Shown one piece after another: positions 36,128-46,991 of a stretch of DNA of 64,000 nt. Below the pieces are notes generated by a model. The model was not told where the DNA came from. It was given only the letters and a program-made list of their open reading frames with translations, and ran no database searches. Each line of letters opens with the position of its first letter. Position 1 is the stretch's first letter. Source of the DNA: Candidatus Latescibacterota bacterium (lineage in GTDB: Bacteria; Latescibacterota; UBA2968; UBA8231); contig OZ241889.1 of NCBI GenBank assembly GCA_965203355.1, positions 2,208,001 through 2,272,000 of the forward strand, written 5' to 3'. The position numbers and the translations under genes were made by a program.

Positions 36128-36574
36128 ATGAGCACGTCTATTGAAGGCAAGGTAGCCGCCATTATCGACGACACCACGCTGGTACTCAGCGTCGGTAGCG
36201 AGCAAGGCGTTGAGGAGGGCATGGCCTTTGCCATTTTCGCCTTGCACGGGGAGATCGCAGACCCAGACAGTGGGCAGTTGCTGGGCCGCTGGGAAGCGGT
36301 CAAGGCGCGGGTGGTCGCCACCCACGTGCAACCTCGCATGTGTACGGTGCGCGCTCCGGTCATAGGTGAAACACCAGTGGTGGGCGATACCCGGCCTTTG
36401 AGCGCGATGATGGTCGAGCACTCGGTGGCGCGTGCCCACGGCCGCGATCAATGGCAGCGGCTAGAGGTGCGAGGAACGGATGTGCGGGGACGGCCCCAGA
36501 ACCAGCCCATTGCCGTGGGCGACGGAGCGCGGTCGCTGGCGGCGGCTGAGGATGCGAGCGAGTCAAGCGATTAG
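36128..36574 (+). CDS. Hypothetical protein (FlgT C-terminal-like beta domain)
   Basis: IEGKVA.I....LVL..G...GV..GM.F...I.DP.SG..LG pattern; GGGAG RBS. Confidence 0.65.
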   Translation: MSTSIEGKVAAIIDDTTLVLSVGSEQGVEEGMAFAIFALHGEIADPDSGQLLGRWEAVKARVVATHVQPRMCTVRAPVIGETPVVGDTRPLSAMMVEHSVARAHGRDQWQRLEVRGTDVRGRPQNQPIAVGDGARSLAAAEDASESSD

Positions 36575-37052
36575 AGCGGCGCTGGCCGCGCTCTGCATTG
36601 GCGGATGCGCTTATTACTCGACCTCCGGCGGCCTGTTAGGCGGCATCCGCAGCATTGGCATCCCCGTGGCCGACAACCAAACCTCGGAGTTTGCCGTGGC
36701 CGAGCGTCTGACTGAACGCGCCATTGATGCCTACGCCGAGGATGGTCAGTTGCGGGTCGTGGACGAAGAAAGTGCCGATGCCCTCTTGCAGCTCAACGTA
36801 ATTTCAATTGAAGACCGCCCCTTTACTTATACGACGGCCGAGCAGACCGAGCAGTACCGATTTGCGGTCTGGGTGACGGCCGAGTTAGTGCGGGTGGAAG
36901 ATGGGGAAGTGTTGCTGACCTTATCCGAGCTAGAGGGATGGGGAACCTACGACGCGGCGCGGGCCGAGGAAGAGGGGCGGGATCCAGCGGTGGAGCGGGC
37001 GCTGGACATGGTGCTAGAGGAACTGATCGATCGGACGACGGCGGGGTGGTAG
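36552..37052 (+). CDS. lptE: LptE-family lipoprotein
   Basis: Lipobox IGGC; SI.IP...N.T, ADALL and terminal GW pattern. Confidence 0.72.
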   Translation: MRASQAIRAALAALCIGGCAYYSTSGGLLGGIRSIGIPVADNQTSEFAVAERLTERAIDAYAEDGQLRVVDEESADALLQLNVISIEDRPFTYTTAEQTEQYRFAVWVTAELVRVEDGEVLLTLSELEGWGTYDAARAEEEGRDPAVERALDMVLEELIDRTTAGW

Positions 37053-37067
37053 CTAGTCCTTGGCAAG

Positions 37068-38762
37068 TCAATCGGCGTCCGTTTTCCTTCCCACTGTAAA
37101 GATCACTACGACAATCAGGCACAGCCCTATAGCTAGGCCCGTGGTCGGCGACCACAGCAGGGTACTGCCCAAGTAGCCGCACAGCCCAGCCACCGTCATC
37201 GTCGTCAGGGCGTAGGGTAGCTGGGTGCGCACGTGGGCTAAGTGGTCGCAGGCCGCGGCAATGCTGGAGAGGACCGTGGTATCGCTGATGGGGGAGCAAT
37301 GGTCGCCGAAGATCGCGCCGTCTAATACCGCGGCGGCCACGAGAACCGTCAGCGCCAGACCGCCCAAGTCGTAAGCTACCGGGATCAGGGTCGGCAGAAG
37401 GACGGCCATGGTCGTCCACGAGGTGCCGATGGAAAAGGCGACCACGGCGGCGAGCAGGAAGACGAGGAGGGGGAGGAAGCGCGGGTCTAGGAAGCCGGAG
37501 AGCGCCCCGACGATATAGGCCGAAGTCTCGACCGCCTCGCAGGTTTCCTTAATCGCCCAAGCCAAGATCAAGATCACCAGCGCATAGGAAAAGCCCGTAA
37601 TGCCGCGTGCATAGGTCTTGCAGACCGCCACGAGGCCGAGCGGGCGTATAGTGCTCGCCGCCTCGCGGCGGGTTAGGGCCAAGACAGCGGCCAGTACGGA
37701 GCCAGCTAAGGCGGCGAGGAACATCACTTTGGGGCCGTCGGCGTGGGAGAAAACTTGGATCCAGTAGAGCCGGGCGAAAAAACCGTGTTCGGCGCGGGTC
37801 GCCACCACGGCCGGTGCTTGGCTGGCGTCTAGGTGCATTCCGCCCAGTACGCCAGCGACGACGAGCAGGACGGGACCAGCGGCCACCCCCCAATGGGCGC
37901 GGAGGCCCGGGTGTTCGGGAAGTTGGGATGCGTCGCCGGTCATCGGGCGGTGTCCCGGCGCGAGGACTTGGCCCATTCGGCGCGCGCGTTGTTCGGCTTT
38001 GAGCATGGGGCCAAAATCGCGGCCAGCGACCGTGGAGCACAGCACAAAGGCGAGGGTCAGCAGGCAGTAGAAGCGGGCCGGTAGGGCGCGAAAGAACAGT
38101 TCGTAACCGGAAACCTCCGCGCCGACTTGCTCCATTGCGCTGTCGAATAGCCCTACCTCAAATCCGATCCAAGTGCTGACGACGGCTATGCCAGCCACCG
38201 GGGCCGCGGTGGAATCGACGAGAAAGGCCAACTTTTCGCGCGAGATGCGGAAGCGGTCGGCGATAGGGCGCATGGTGGTGCCGACGACGAGGGTGTTGGC
38301 GTAATCGTCGAAGAAGACCACCATCCCCAACAGCGCGGTGGCCAGCCGGGCCGAGCGCCCGCCAGCAGCCCGGGCGACTAACAAGTCGGCCAGGCCACGA
38401 GTGCCCCCGGCCAGCGAGATGACGCGCACCATGCCGATGAGCGAGGCGGTGAAGCCGAGAATGAAGAGTTGAAAGGAGTCGCGCAGTGGGGTCCAGACAA
38501 AGTCTAGGAGGGTGCGTTCTAAGCCGCGAAACGGGATGGCGTACAAAGGAACGTCGGCTGGCAGGGAAATGAGCGCACCGCCGACTATGGCCAACCCTAG
38601 TCCCAAGATCAGGCGGCCAGTAGCCACGGCCACGAGGATGGCCGCGGCGGGTGGAAAGAGACTTAGGCCACTCGTGGTGCCTTGATCGGGCAGGAGCAGT
38701 GCGCCAAGCAGGGCTGCGCCCAGCGCTAGCAGCAGGCGGAGAAAGGGAAAGGCCGAGCGCAC
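37068..38762 (-). CDS. Na+/H+ antiporter NhaC family transporter
   Basis: FFDDYAN, SREKLA...DSTAAP, GTSW and GDHCSPISDTT motifs. Confidence 0.9.
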   Translation of the reverse strand: MRSAFPFLRLLLALGAALLGALLLPDQGTTSGLSLFPPAAAILVAVATGRLILGLGLAIVGGALISLPADVPLYAIPFRGLERTLLDFVWTPLRDSFQLFILGFTASLIGMVRVISLAGGTRGLADLLVARAAGGRSARLATALLGMVVFFDDYANTLVVGTTMRPIADRFRISREKLAFLVDSTAAPVAGIAVVSTWIGFEVGLFDSAMEQVGAEVSGYELFFRALPARFYCLLTLAFVLCSTVAGRDFGPMLKAEQRARRMGQVLAPGHRPMTGDASQLPEHPGLRAHWGVAAGPVLLVVAGVLGGMHLDASQAPAVVATRAEHGFFARLYWIQVFSHADGPKVMFLAALAGSVLAAVLALTRREAASTIRPLGLVAVCKTYARGITGFSYALVILILAWAIKETCEAVETSAYIVGALSGFLDPRFLPLLVFLLAAVVAFSIGTSWTTMAVLLPTLIPVAYDLGGLALTVLVAAAVLDGAIFGDHCSPISDTTVLSSIAAACDHLAHVRTQLPYALTTMTVAGLCGYLGSTLLWSPTTGLAIGLCLIVVVIFTVGRKTDAD

Positions 38763-38763
38763 C

Positions 38764-40635
38764 TCAGTCGTCTTGCGGCGATTCGACTTCGCTGGCGGGG
38801 ACGGTGGACATTTCGAGCTTAAAGGCCAACAAGTACATCATAAAACAGCCGATGATCCACCAGGCAATTTGCCAGACCCACAGCGTGGGGATCCCTAGGG
38901 GCCAATGGGTGGGATCGGTCTGATTGCCTAAGACGGCAAAGGGGCCGATGGCGCAGAGGAACCAAACTACCGTCAGAATCCAGATCGGCACTTTCCACTT
39001 CCTTTTGGCCTCGGGCAGGGCCGTGTGCTCTTTGAGGAAGTGGTGATAGCGATCGCGGTGGGCCAGATGGTTGGCTTCCTTGGGCTGGGTGAACAAACTG
39101 ACGACAACGACAAGGCCCATATTAAAGAGGATACCCCAACCGGCACTGTGCAGTGTGAGCGGATAGCGGCCAATGCCGATGAGGCCGCCTAGCTCGGTTA
39201 TATAGGTAAAGGTAACGGCGATGAGTCCGGCGATGAGTCCGGCGACAATGGCCTTGGGGGTGAAGAAGCGGATGTAGCAGATGCCTAAAAGCGCCGGCCA
39301 CATCTGGAATCCGTAGGAAACGGCCAAGCCCCCCAGCAAGACGAGCAGGTCGCCGGAAGCAAGCCCAACTAACAAGGCTAGGCTGACGACGACCGCCACC
39401 GTCAAACGACCGACAAAGACTTGGGCCGAATGCGATGCCTCTTTGTTGAAGAAATGGCGGTATAGATCGCGGGTGATAATGCCGCTGGCCGTGGACATGT
39501 AGGCGGCCCCGGTCGATTGCATGGCGGCCAGCGCACACACGGCCAAAAGCCCTAAGAGGAAGGGAGAGCGGGCGGTTAAGGTGTCGATCAGGTAGGGAAC
39601 CAAGTGGTCGGATGCGGGCGGGCCAAGCGGTTTAGTCCCCGGGATCAGTCCCATGTCGAGCAGCCGGCCGCCCAGCCCTTGAAAGGCCGTAAAAAAGAAC
39701 AAGATGCCGCCGATGATCAGCGAAGAGGCGAAAACCTGTTGATAGGGAAAAGGCCGAGGATCGCGGTTGGCAAAAGCCCACATTGAAAAGGCCGGAGCCG
39801 ACTGAATGCCCATCAAGGCAAACATATAGGTCAGGATCATCAGGCCGGTCCAAGGACCGCCTTGGGCGTCGAAAAACAGGGTGCCAACGCGCTCTAGCAA
39901 AGCGTCTGACTCCGGGCGGGTCGGAATGGCGACCATGTCGGGTTTTTGCTCGGCCAGACCGACCAGCCCCCCCTTGAAGGCCGCCCAGCCGCCGACCAAG
40001 TCGAGGGCAATAAAGCCGAGGATGACGATGCCGAGCGCCAAGAGGATGCACTGGACGCAGTCGACGTAGGCGACCGAACGCAAGCCGCCCGATGCTACGT
40101 AGATAAAGACGACGACCGAAAGCACAATGGCCCCCCCCTCGACCGAGCCGATGAAGCTGCCCGCTAGCGGCGTACCGGTCGTCAGGCGATTGAACAGTAA
40201 GCCCGATGCCTTGAGCTGGATGCCGAGATAGGGCACGCTGAAGACGAGCGCGACGATGACGGTGAGGAAGCGCATCGCATCCGTGCGGTAGTAGTCGCTG
40301 AACATCTCGCCCGGGGTGATATAGCCAAAGCGATGGCCCAAAAGCCACTGCCGCTTGAGGAACAACACCCCAGTGAAGGGGATCGTGATGGCGTAGAAGG
40401 AGGCAAAAGCATAGGGCAGGCCGACGTTGTAGATAGTGCCGGGATGCCCGACAAAGGTCCAGCCGCTAAAAGAGGTGGCGGTGGCGGCCAGCACGAAGAC
40501 CCACAGGCCGATGCCGCGGCCCGCGATGAAGTAATCCGAAGCCGTCTTGGCCCGGCGCGCCCCTTTGACGCCCCAGAAGATGCAGTACGACCAGTAGCCG
40601 ACGGTAAAGAGCAGGAGCCAGACCAGTTTTTCCAT
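38764..40635 (-). CDS. Sodium:solute symporter family protein
   Basis: DYFIAGR, ATSFSGWTF.G.PG, GGLRSVA..D and AAMQST motifs. Confidence 0.9.
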   Translation of the reverse strand: MEKLVWLLLFTVGYWSYCIFWGVKGARRAKTASDYFIAGRGIGLWVFVLAATATSFSGWTFVGHPGTIYNVGLPYAFASFYAITIPFTGVLFLKRQWLLGHRFGYITPGEMFSDYYRTDAMRFLTVIVALVFSVPYLGIQLKASGLLFNRLTTGTPLAGSFIGSVEGGAIVLSVVVFIYVASGGLRSVAYVDCVQCILLALGIVILGFIALDLVGGWAAFKGGLVGLAEQKPDMVAIPTRPESDALLERVGTLFFDAQGGPWTGLMILTYMFALMGIQSAPAFSMWAFANRDPRPFPYQQVFASSLIIGGILFFFTAFQGLGGRLLDMGLIPGTKPLGPPASDHLVPYLIDTLTARSPFLLGLLAVCALAAMQSTGAAYMSTASGIITRDLYRHFFNKEASHSAQVFVGRLTVAVVVSLALLVGLASGDLLVLLGGLAVSYGFQMWPALLGICYIRFFTPKAIVAGLIAGLIAVTFTYITELGGLIGIGRYPLTLHSAGWGILFNMGLVVVVSLFTQPKEANHLAHRDRYHHFLKEHTALPEAKRKWKVPIWILTVVWFLCAIGPFAVLGNQTDPTHWPLGIPTLWVWQIAWWIIGCFMMYLLAFKLEMSTVPASEVESPQDD

Positions 40636-40638
40636 GGG

Positions 40639-41553
40639 TTAGTCGGAAAGTGTCAGCCCCAAGTTGAAGACCATGTTGGTGATCTTCCACGAGCCGGAGC
40701 GGCGGCTCAACGTCCAGAACACGTAGCGCTCCTTGTGGTGTTTGGCCGTTCCTTTGACGTGCTCGACGGCCACTGTTTCGCGCGTGACGGCCAGGGCTTC
40801 GTCACCGCTGGGGCCCAGGGCCGTGTGGAGCACTTTGCGGTCGAGGTCGTACTGCACGTAGGGCAGCCGCTTGTCGAGCCATTTTTCCAGTTCCTCGCGG
40901 CCGCTGAAGGCGATTTTGTAGGAGGCTGGCTTGAAAGTGCCTAGGGCCTCGTAGCCCGTGAAGTCGTCGTCGAAGAAGCCGAGAATGCCGCTGCCGGCTT
41001 CCCAAGCTTGGCTTTCGCGCTGCAACAACTCGGCGATCTCGCCGTTGGCGGGTGTGCCCGCCGCGGGCAAGAGCGTGTCGCCCAAGCCCTCGACCATGCC
41101 GGTGGCCAGCCAGTCGTCTTCTTCCTTGCGGAAGGTCCAGAAGCGGTGGACGACAACCGACGTGCCCTCGCTGGTCTGGCGATCGACGACGCGCCCGGAA
41201 TCCACGCTGGTGGCAATGGCGTGGGTTGCGCGCACCGCGATAAAGGGAACCGTGCGCACAACCTCGTAGCGCTGATCGCGGAGATCCGCGGCTAGCTGGC
41301 TGGCGAACGCATCGCGGTTTTCGCGCAGGATCGTCCAGGCGCGTGGGTCGCCGTTGGCGTGGCCTGCATAGGCGACGAAGTGCGGGTGATACGCCTTGAG
41401 GACCAGCTCGGCATCGGCGCGGCGATACCCAGAGATGTCGTTGGCGAGGGCTTGACGGATGAGGAGGGTTTCGGGCGTTTCGCCGGCGCGGCTCGGCGCG
41501 GCAAATGGCGGCAGGGCCAAGAGAACGAACAACAAGCAGATTGCATTTTGCAT
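40639..41553 (-). CDS. Secreted protein with two NTF2/SnoaL-like domains
   Basis: Signal peptide; two halves ending W.F.K....WL and W.L.R..G.WKI. Confidence 0.65.
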   Translation of the reverse strand: MQNAICLLFVLLALPPFAAPSRAGETPETLLIRQALANDISGYRRADAELVLKAYHPHFVAYAGHANGDPRAWTILRENRDAFASQLAADLRDQRYEVVRTVPFIAVRATHAIATSVDSGRVVDRQTSEGTSVVVHRFWTFRKEEDDWLATGMVEGLGDTLLPAAGTPANGEIAELLQRESQAWEAGSGILGFFDDDFTGYEALGTFKPASYKIAFSGREELEKWLDKRLPYVQYDLDRKVLHTALGPSGDEALAVTRETVAVEHVKGTAKHHKERYVFWTLSRRSGSWKITNMVFNLGLTLSD

Positions 41554-41557
41554 AGGG

Positions 41558-42772
41558 TCAACTCGATCCGAGCTGACCTAAGGCCCACTCGGCGTAGTAG
41601 GAAACGGTGGCGTTGCGGTCGTGGCGCAATTTTTCGAGTTGGGCGCGGCCTTGGTCGCCGCCGATCTGGCCGAGGGCAAGGGCGGCATTGGCGCGCACGT
41701 CGGCGACTTCGTCCGCGGTGGCCGCCAGCAGGGGGCTGAGGGCCGATTGTACACGTGCTTGACCGAGGACTTGCGCCGCGCCGGCGCGGGCGAGCGGGTC
41801 CGCGGCGCCGAGCGCGGCTATAAGCTGCGCTTCAACGGCCCCGGATTGTTGCTGGACGTTGGTGAGAAACTTGACGGCATTGGCGCGGAGGATGGAGTCG
41901 GTATTGCGCAGGGCCTCGAAGAGAAACTCAATGCCTTGGCTGCGCCCCATGGAGGCTAAGGCCGCGGCCGTGCTAAAGCGCACCTGATTGCTGGGGTCGT
42001 CGAGCAGGTCGGCTAGCGCGGCCGCGGCGCCTTCGTCGCCGATGTAGCCGAGGGCTTGCGCGGCGTACTGGCGGTGGGCTGGCTCCTCGGCCTCTAGCTG
42101 AATGACGAGCTGGTCCTTGACCTTGGCTATCACCGAGCGCAGCGCGTCTTGGTGCGGACCGGCGCGGCCGCTCAATTCCACGAGTAGCGGGACGCCAAAG
42201 TAGCCGGATTCTTCTAGCCCGTGCAGGGCGGCTTGGGCCAACGCTGGGTCGCTGCTGGCTAGGGCCGCTTTGATGTGACTGGTGCCGAGTTGGTCGTCCA
42301 TTTTGAGCAGGGCAATGGCCGCGTGGATGCGGATGATGGGGTCGTCGTCGTCGAGCTGGACTTTGGCTGCATCCACGCCCGCTTGGACGTAGCCCACTTC
42401 GCCTATGGCCCACAGACAGGCGATGCGCTCGCGGTCTGTGTACGCGGTGGTGATCCGGTCCTTGAGCGCGGCCGTGGCTCCGCGCGGCTTGATGTGGCCT
42501 AGCACTCGGGCACAGCCGATGCGGAGCTTTTCCTGTTCGTCGCGGAACTCGCGGTAGTTCTCGCCGAGGTACAAGTCGGGGTTGAGGCGGGCGATGAGCT
42601 GGCGGGTGGCCGGCCGGCCCATGGCGGCCAAGTCGTCGATGGCTTGCTGATAAGCCGGCGAGTCGACCGGATTGGCCGCAAGCTGTTCTAGGCGCTCGAC
42701 GACCTGCTCTTCAGTGGTGCTACAGGCGCTGAGGCTCAATAAAAGCAGATACGTTAGGCACTTGGCGATCAT
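41558..42772 (-). CDS. HEAT-repeat lipoprotein
   Basis: Lipobox LSAC; repeated D....VR..AA.ALG.IG units. Confidence 0.85.
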   Translation of the reverse strand: MIAKCLTYLLLLSLSACSTTEEQVVERLEQLAANPVDSPAYQQAIDDLAAMGRPATRQLIARLNPDLYLGENYREFRDEQEKLRIGCARVLGHIKPRGATAALKDRITTAYTDRERIACLWAIGEVGYVQAGVDAAKVQLDDDDPIIRIHAAIALLKMDDQLGTSHIKAALASSDPALAQAALHGLEESGYFGVPLLVELSGRAGPHQDALRSVIAKVKDQLVIQLEAEEPAHRQYAAQALGYIGDEGAAAALADLLDDPSNQVRFSTAAALASMGRSQGIEFLFEALRNTDSILRANAVKFLTNVQQQSGAVEAQLIAALGAADPLARAGAAQVLGQARVQSALSPLLAATADEVADVRANAALALGQIGGDQGRAQLEKLRHDRNATVSYYAEWALGQLGSS

Positions 42773-42832
42773 GGTCTATGGCGGGTTAGAGGTGGCAGAA
42801 TGCGGATAAGGTAAGCCGCGAGACGCCATAAA

Positions 42833-45064
42833 TCAATTCTTGGCGGCAGGAGGCCCCTCGGCTGTGATAAACACTTGGGGCGTCGTCCAAGTCACCGCGT
42901 GATCGGCCAAACTCTGCTCGAAGAACTTGCGCACCTGACGCAATTCACCTTCGTCGAGATGTTGAGCCAGATGGTGGGCATACGTGTGCCGCTTCTCGCC
43001 GCCGGGATTGAACCAATGGGCGAGATGGCGCGGCTCAACGTGCCGCTGCGACTGGGCCGCTTCCACCCGCACCTGCACCGCGCTAAAGCCCGCGGCCGCG
43101 AACATTTGTTTGAGATCCGCGGCGTCCCAGTTGACGCGCGGGTTGTCGGGCGCCGCGTAAATGGCCTCTTCGGCCACGACGAGACGATCGCCGAGGGTGC
43201 CGAGTTGCTGTAAATCGAGCAACTGGTACAAGCGCTGCGACTGGCGCGAGAGGGTCTCGACCAAGCTGACGCGACCCTGCGGAGCGAGGTAGCGATGCAG
43301 CGCGGCGATGACTTCTGCCTTGTGTGCGAGCGCGCCGAGGGCATTGCGCCCGATGATGGCGTCAAAGAGGATGTCGGGATTGTGGCCGGCGAGCTGGTCG
43401 GCGAGGGTGGCAAGCGGACCTTGCAGCACTTGGGGACGCTCGACCTCGGCCAAGTGGGCCGCGATTTCGTGCAGTGCTACGGCCGCGATCTTGTCGCTGG
43501 TGTGCGCCCAGACGCCGCCTTCGGGTACGCGCCGCAGGGCTTCCCAAGTGAGTAATCCGGTGTCCGCTTCCAAGTCGAGGACGAGATGGTGGCGGGCGAG
43601 CGCAAGCGGCGCGAAAAGGCGTTGGCGCGTGCGCTCTAGCTGGGAGCCAATGTCGCCGCTGGCGCGCTTGAGCCACTGGTCGCGCACTGGGTCTGGTGGA
43701 GACAGAGACAGCACCTCGGCCGAAGCGGACTCGGCTTCGCGCATGGCGGCGAGCTGTAGTTCGCGGCGTTGGCGGACGCGGTCGCCGTGCTCTTTTTCGC
43801 GGCCTTGAGCCGAGGGCTGGTAGAAGACGCGGCCTTGCAGACCGGCGGGCAGGTACTGCTGGGCAACCCAGTGCTCGCGGTAGGCGTGGGGGTAGAGATA
43901 ACCGGCGCCGTGGCCAAAGCCCTCGCTGTCGCGGCTGGCGTCTTTGAGGTGATTGGGCACCTCGCCTTCGCGCTCTTTTTCGACAACCGCTAGCGCGTCG
44001 AAGAAGGCCATAGTCGAGTTGCTCTTGGGCGCGGTGGCCAAGTACAAAGCGGCATGGGCCAGCGGAAAACGCCCTTCGGGCAGGCCGATGCGGTCGAAGG
44101 ATTCAGCCGCGGCCATGACGACTTGTACGGCGTGCTCATCGGCGAGGCCGACGTCCTCGCTGGCGAAGATGAGCATGCGGCGGAAGAGAAAGCGCGGGTC
44201 TTCACCGGCGTACACCATCCGCGCCAGCCAGTAGAGCGTGGCGTCTGGGTCGGAGCCGCGCATGGATTTGATAAAGGCGCTGATGGCGTCGAAGTGGTAG
44301 TCGCCCTCCTTGTCGTAGAGCAGGGCGCGGCGCTGGATGGATTCCTCCGCTACCGCTAAGTCGATGGCGATTCGCCCTTGGGTATCTGGATCGGTGGTTT
44401 CGACCGCTAGCTCTAGGGCGTTGAGTAAGGCGCGGGCGTCGCCGTTGGCCACGTCGATGAGGTGGGCGAGGGCTTCGGGGTGCAGGGCGACGCGGAGATG
44501 GCCATAGCCGCGCGCGTCGGCGAGGGCCTGTTGGGCGATGTGGGCGAGGGCTTCGGGGCTGAGGCCCAGTAGTTGAAAAACCCGACTGCGCGAGAGCAGG
44601 GGGCGGTTGACCGAAAAGTAGGGATTCTCGGTGGTCGCGCCGATGAGGATGACGGTGCCGTTTTCAACCCAAGGCAGGAGCGCGTCTTGCTGGGCCTTGT
44701 TGAAGCGGTGGACTTCGTCGATGAAGAGGATGGTTTTGCGGTTGTGCAGCTTGCGCAACTGGCTGGCTTCATCGACCGCTTGGCGAATGTCGGCGACGCC
44801 GGCTAAGACCGCGTTGATGGAGATAAAATGGGCGCGGGTGGTTTGGGCGATGACGGCGGCGAGCGTGGTTTTGCCCGTGCCGGGCGGGCCGTAGAAAATC
44901 AGCGAGGAGAGTTGATCGGCCTCAATGGCGCGCCGCAGCAGGCGACCCGGCCCGAGAATGTGGTCTTGACCGACGTATTCGTCTAAATGGCGCGGCCGCA
45001 GGCGAGCGGCTAGGGGTTGGTCGGCTGCTTGGCGATCCCGCAGTCCAGCGTCGAAAAGATCCAT
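42833..45064 (-). CDS. rarA: Replication-associated recombination protein RarA/MgsA with C-terminal methyltransferase-fold extension
   Basis: [31 protein letters not shown] and SEDVG motifs; extra about 280 aa containing LVLDL...TGLL. Confidence 0.9.
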   Translation of the reverse strand: MDLFDAGLRDRQAADQPLAARLRPRHLDEYVGQDHILGPGRLLRRAIEADQLSSLIFYGPPGTGKTTLAAVIAQTTRAHFISINAVLAGVADIRQAVDEASQLRKLHNRKTILFIDEVHRFNKAQQDALLPWVENGTVILIGATTENPYFSVNRPLLSRSRVFQLLGLSPEALAHIAQQALADARGYGHLRVALHPEALAHLIDVANGDARALLNALELAVETTDPDTQGRIAIDLAVAEESIQRRALLYDKEGDYHFDAISAFIKSMRGSDPDATLYWLARMVYAGEDPRFLFRRMLIFASEDVGLADEHAVQVVMAAAESFDRIGLPEGRFPLAHAALYLATAPKSNSTMAFFDALAVVEKEREGEVPNHLKDASRDSEGFGHGAGYLYPHAYREHWVAQQYLPAGLQGRVFYQPSAQGREKEHGDRVRQRRELQLAAMREAESASAEVLSLSPPDPVRDQWLKRASGDIGSQLERTRQRLFAPLALARHHLVLDLEADTGLLTWEALRRVPEGGVWAHTSDKIAAVALHEIAAHLAEVERPQVLQGPLATLADQLAGHNPDILFDAIIGRNALGALAHKAEVIAALHRYLAPQGRVSLVETLSRQSQRLYQLLDLQQLGTLGDRLVVAEEAIYAAPDNPRVNWDAADLKQMFAAAGFSAVQVRVEAAQSQRHVEPRHLAHWFNPGGEKRHTYAHHLAQHLDEGELRQVRKFFEQSLADHAVTWTTPQVFITAEGPPAAKN

Positions 45065-45202
45065 GCTTTACCTCCGGGAAAGGAAGGCGTGAACCAAGAA
45101 CATAACGACTTAGTTGAACCGCGTGAACCCTTCCGCGCATAGCGGCTAGGCCGTCTCTTCTTTATGTTTTCTGAGAAAGCAATTTTACGCTGGAGAGACT
45201 GG

Positions 45203-46324
45203 GTGAAAATTACTCATTTGGAACTACACTCGGTGGCGGCATCGCCCCGCGGCAACTGGCTCTTCGTCCAACTCCACACCGACGTCGGGCTGAGTGGGCT
45301 GGGCGAAGCGAGCCAGAGCGGCAACGACGGCTTGGTCGCGGCCGCGCTGGAGCAATTGGGGCCTCGGTTGGTGGGGGCGGACCCGACGCAAGTAGAAGTG
45401 TTGTGGGAGCGCTTGGCGCGGGGCTCGGCGATTTTTTCGGGTGACGCGGGGCGCGTTGGATCTACGGCGCACAGCGCGATTGACCAAGCCCTGTGGGATT
45501 TGGCTGGCAAAGCACTTGGAGTGCCGGCTTGGCGCTTGCTGGGCGGCAAGCGGCGCGATGCGGTGCGCTTGTACGCCAATCTCAATCGCGGCACCCGCGA
45601 CCGCCGTCCATCGGGATTTGCCGATGCGGCGCGCCGAGCGGTTGACGCTGGCTTTGGCGCGGTCAAGAGCACGCCTTTTGACGAGGTGCATTGGCAGCGG
45701 ATGGATCGCGGAGGGGTCGAGCGCGCCGCGGACCAAGGGATTGCGCGGCTTGTGGCGACGCGGGAGGCCATTGGCGACGAAATCGAACTGCTGGTGGATT
45801 GTCATCAGCGCTTTGACTTGGCCTTGGCTTTTAAGGTGGCCGAAAAGGTGCGGCCGCTCAATCTTTACTGGTTTGAGGAGCCCGTGCCGCGCGACCAAGT
45901 CGATGCGTTGCGCCAGTTGCGGCTGCACTCGGGCCAGACTATTGCCGGGGGCGAGGCCCTCGTCGGCCGCGCGGGTTTTTGGCCCTACATTGCCCAAGGA
46001 GCCGTGGATGTGCTAATGCCGGATGTCAAACACGCCGGTGGCATTACCGAATGTCGGCGCATTGCTGCGCTGGCCGAAATAGCGCAGATGCCGATTGCGC
46101 CCCACAGCCCGGCTGGTCCGGTATCGACGATGGCCGGGGTACACCTAGCGGCGACGGTTGCCAACTTCACGGTGCTCGAATACGCGTTTGGCGAGGTGGA
46201 TTGGCGCGGCGGGTTGGTGCGTCCGGCAGAAACCATAATCGACGGTCACATCGCGGTGCCGGACGCGCCCGGTTTGGGCATTGAACTCGACGAAGCGGTG
46301 CTTAGAGCGCACCAGGTGCCATAA
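45203..46324 (+). CDS. Mandelate racemase / galactonate dehydratase-like enolase-superfamily enzyme
   Basis: AIDQALWDL.GK, VDCH, WFEEP, GE, APH and PGLG motifs. Confidence 0.88.
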   Translation: MKITHLELHSVAASPRGNWLFVQLHTDVGLSGLGEASQSGNDGLVAAALEQLGPRLVGADPTQVEVLWERLARGSAIFSGDAGRVGSTAHSAIDQALWDLAGKALGVPAWRLLGGKRRDAVRLYANLNRGTRDRRPSGFADAARRAVDAGFGAVKSTPFDEVHWQRMDRGGVERAADQGIARLVATREAIGDEIELLVDCHQRFDLALAFKVAEKVRPLNLYWFEEPVPRDQVDALRQLRLHSGQTIAGGEALVGRAGFWPYIAQGAVDVLMPDVKHAGGITECRRIAALAEIAQMPIAPHSPAGPVSTMAGVHLAATVANFTVLEYAFGEVDWRGGLVRPAETIIDGHIAVPDAPGLGIELDEAVLRAHQVP

Positions 46325-46933
46325 ATGTTTTGTTCGCTAGCGGAAGCGATCGCGGATTTTCGCGCCGGGCAGTTTTTGGTCTTAGTCGATGCGCAAGAGC
46401 GCGAAGACGAAGGCGACCTGATCTTGGCCGCTGAGCGCGTTTCTGCGGCTAAGATCAATCGGATGCTGCAAGAAGCGCGCGGTCTGCTGCACTTGGCCAC
46501 GACCGAGGCGCATCTAGCGCGGCTCGGCGTGGGGTTGATCGAGCCGCACAACGCCGATTGGACGACGCCGCGCTTCGGCCTCCCCTTTGACGCGCGCGCT
46601 GGGATTGAAACCGGCGTCTCGGCGGCCGATCGCACCACGTCCATTCAGCGCGCCTTGGATCCGGCTACCGGCCCGGAGGACATCGTCATTCCCGGACATG
46701 TATTTCCCTTGGCCGCGCGCCCGGAGGGCTTGCTCAGCCGCCAAGGACACACCGAAGGCGCAGTGGAGTTAGCTCGTCAAGCCGGGCTTTTTCCAGCGGC
46801 TGTCATGTCCGAAGTGATGACCGCGGATGGCGCGATGGCCAAAGGCCAGCAACTCGTGGATTTTGCCGCGCGCTTGGGTTGCCGCTTAATCGCCGTGGAG
46901 CAACTCCACCAAGCCGTGCTGGGTGAAATATAG
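46325..46933 (+). CDS. ribB: 3,4-dihydroxy-2-butanone-4-phosphate synthase
   Basis: REDEGD, TGVSAADR, PGHVFPL and R.GHTE motifs. Confidence 0.92.
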   Translation: MFCSLAEAIADFRAGQFLVLVDAQEREDEGDLILAAERVSAAKINRMLQEARGLLHLATTEAHLARLGVGLIEPHNADWTTPRFGLPFDARAGIETGVSAADRTTSIQRALDPATGPEDIVIPGHVFPLAARPEGLLSRQGHTEGAVELARQAGLFPAAVMSEVMTADGAMAKGQQLVDFAARLGCRLIAVEQLHQAVLGEI

Positions 46934-46991
46934 GAATTGAGCAAAAGTTGGGTCCCTTCGCCCTGCTCCTCATCGCTCCTTTGAGAATCCC

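Noticed and set aside
46300-46330. FMN riboswitch before ribB
   Set aside because: ribB starts immediately after the upstream stop, so there is no leader.
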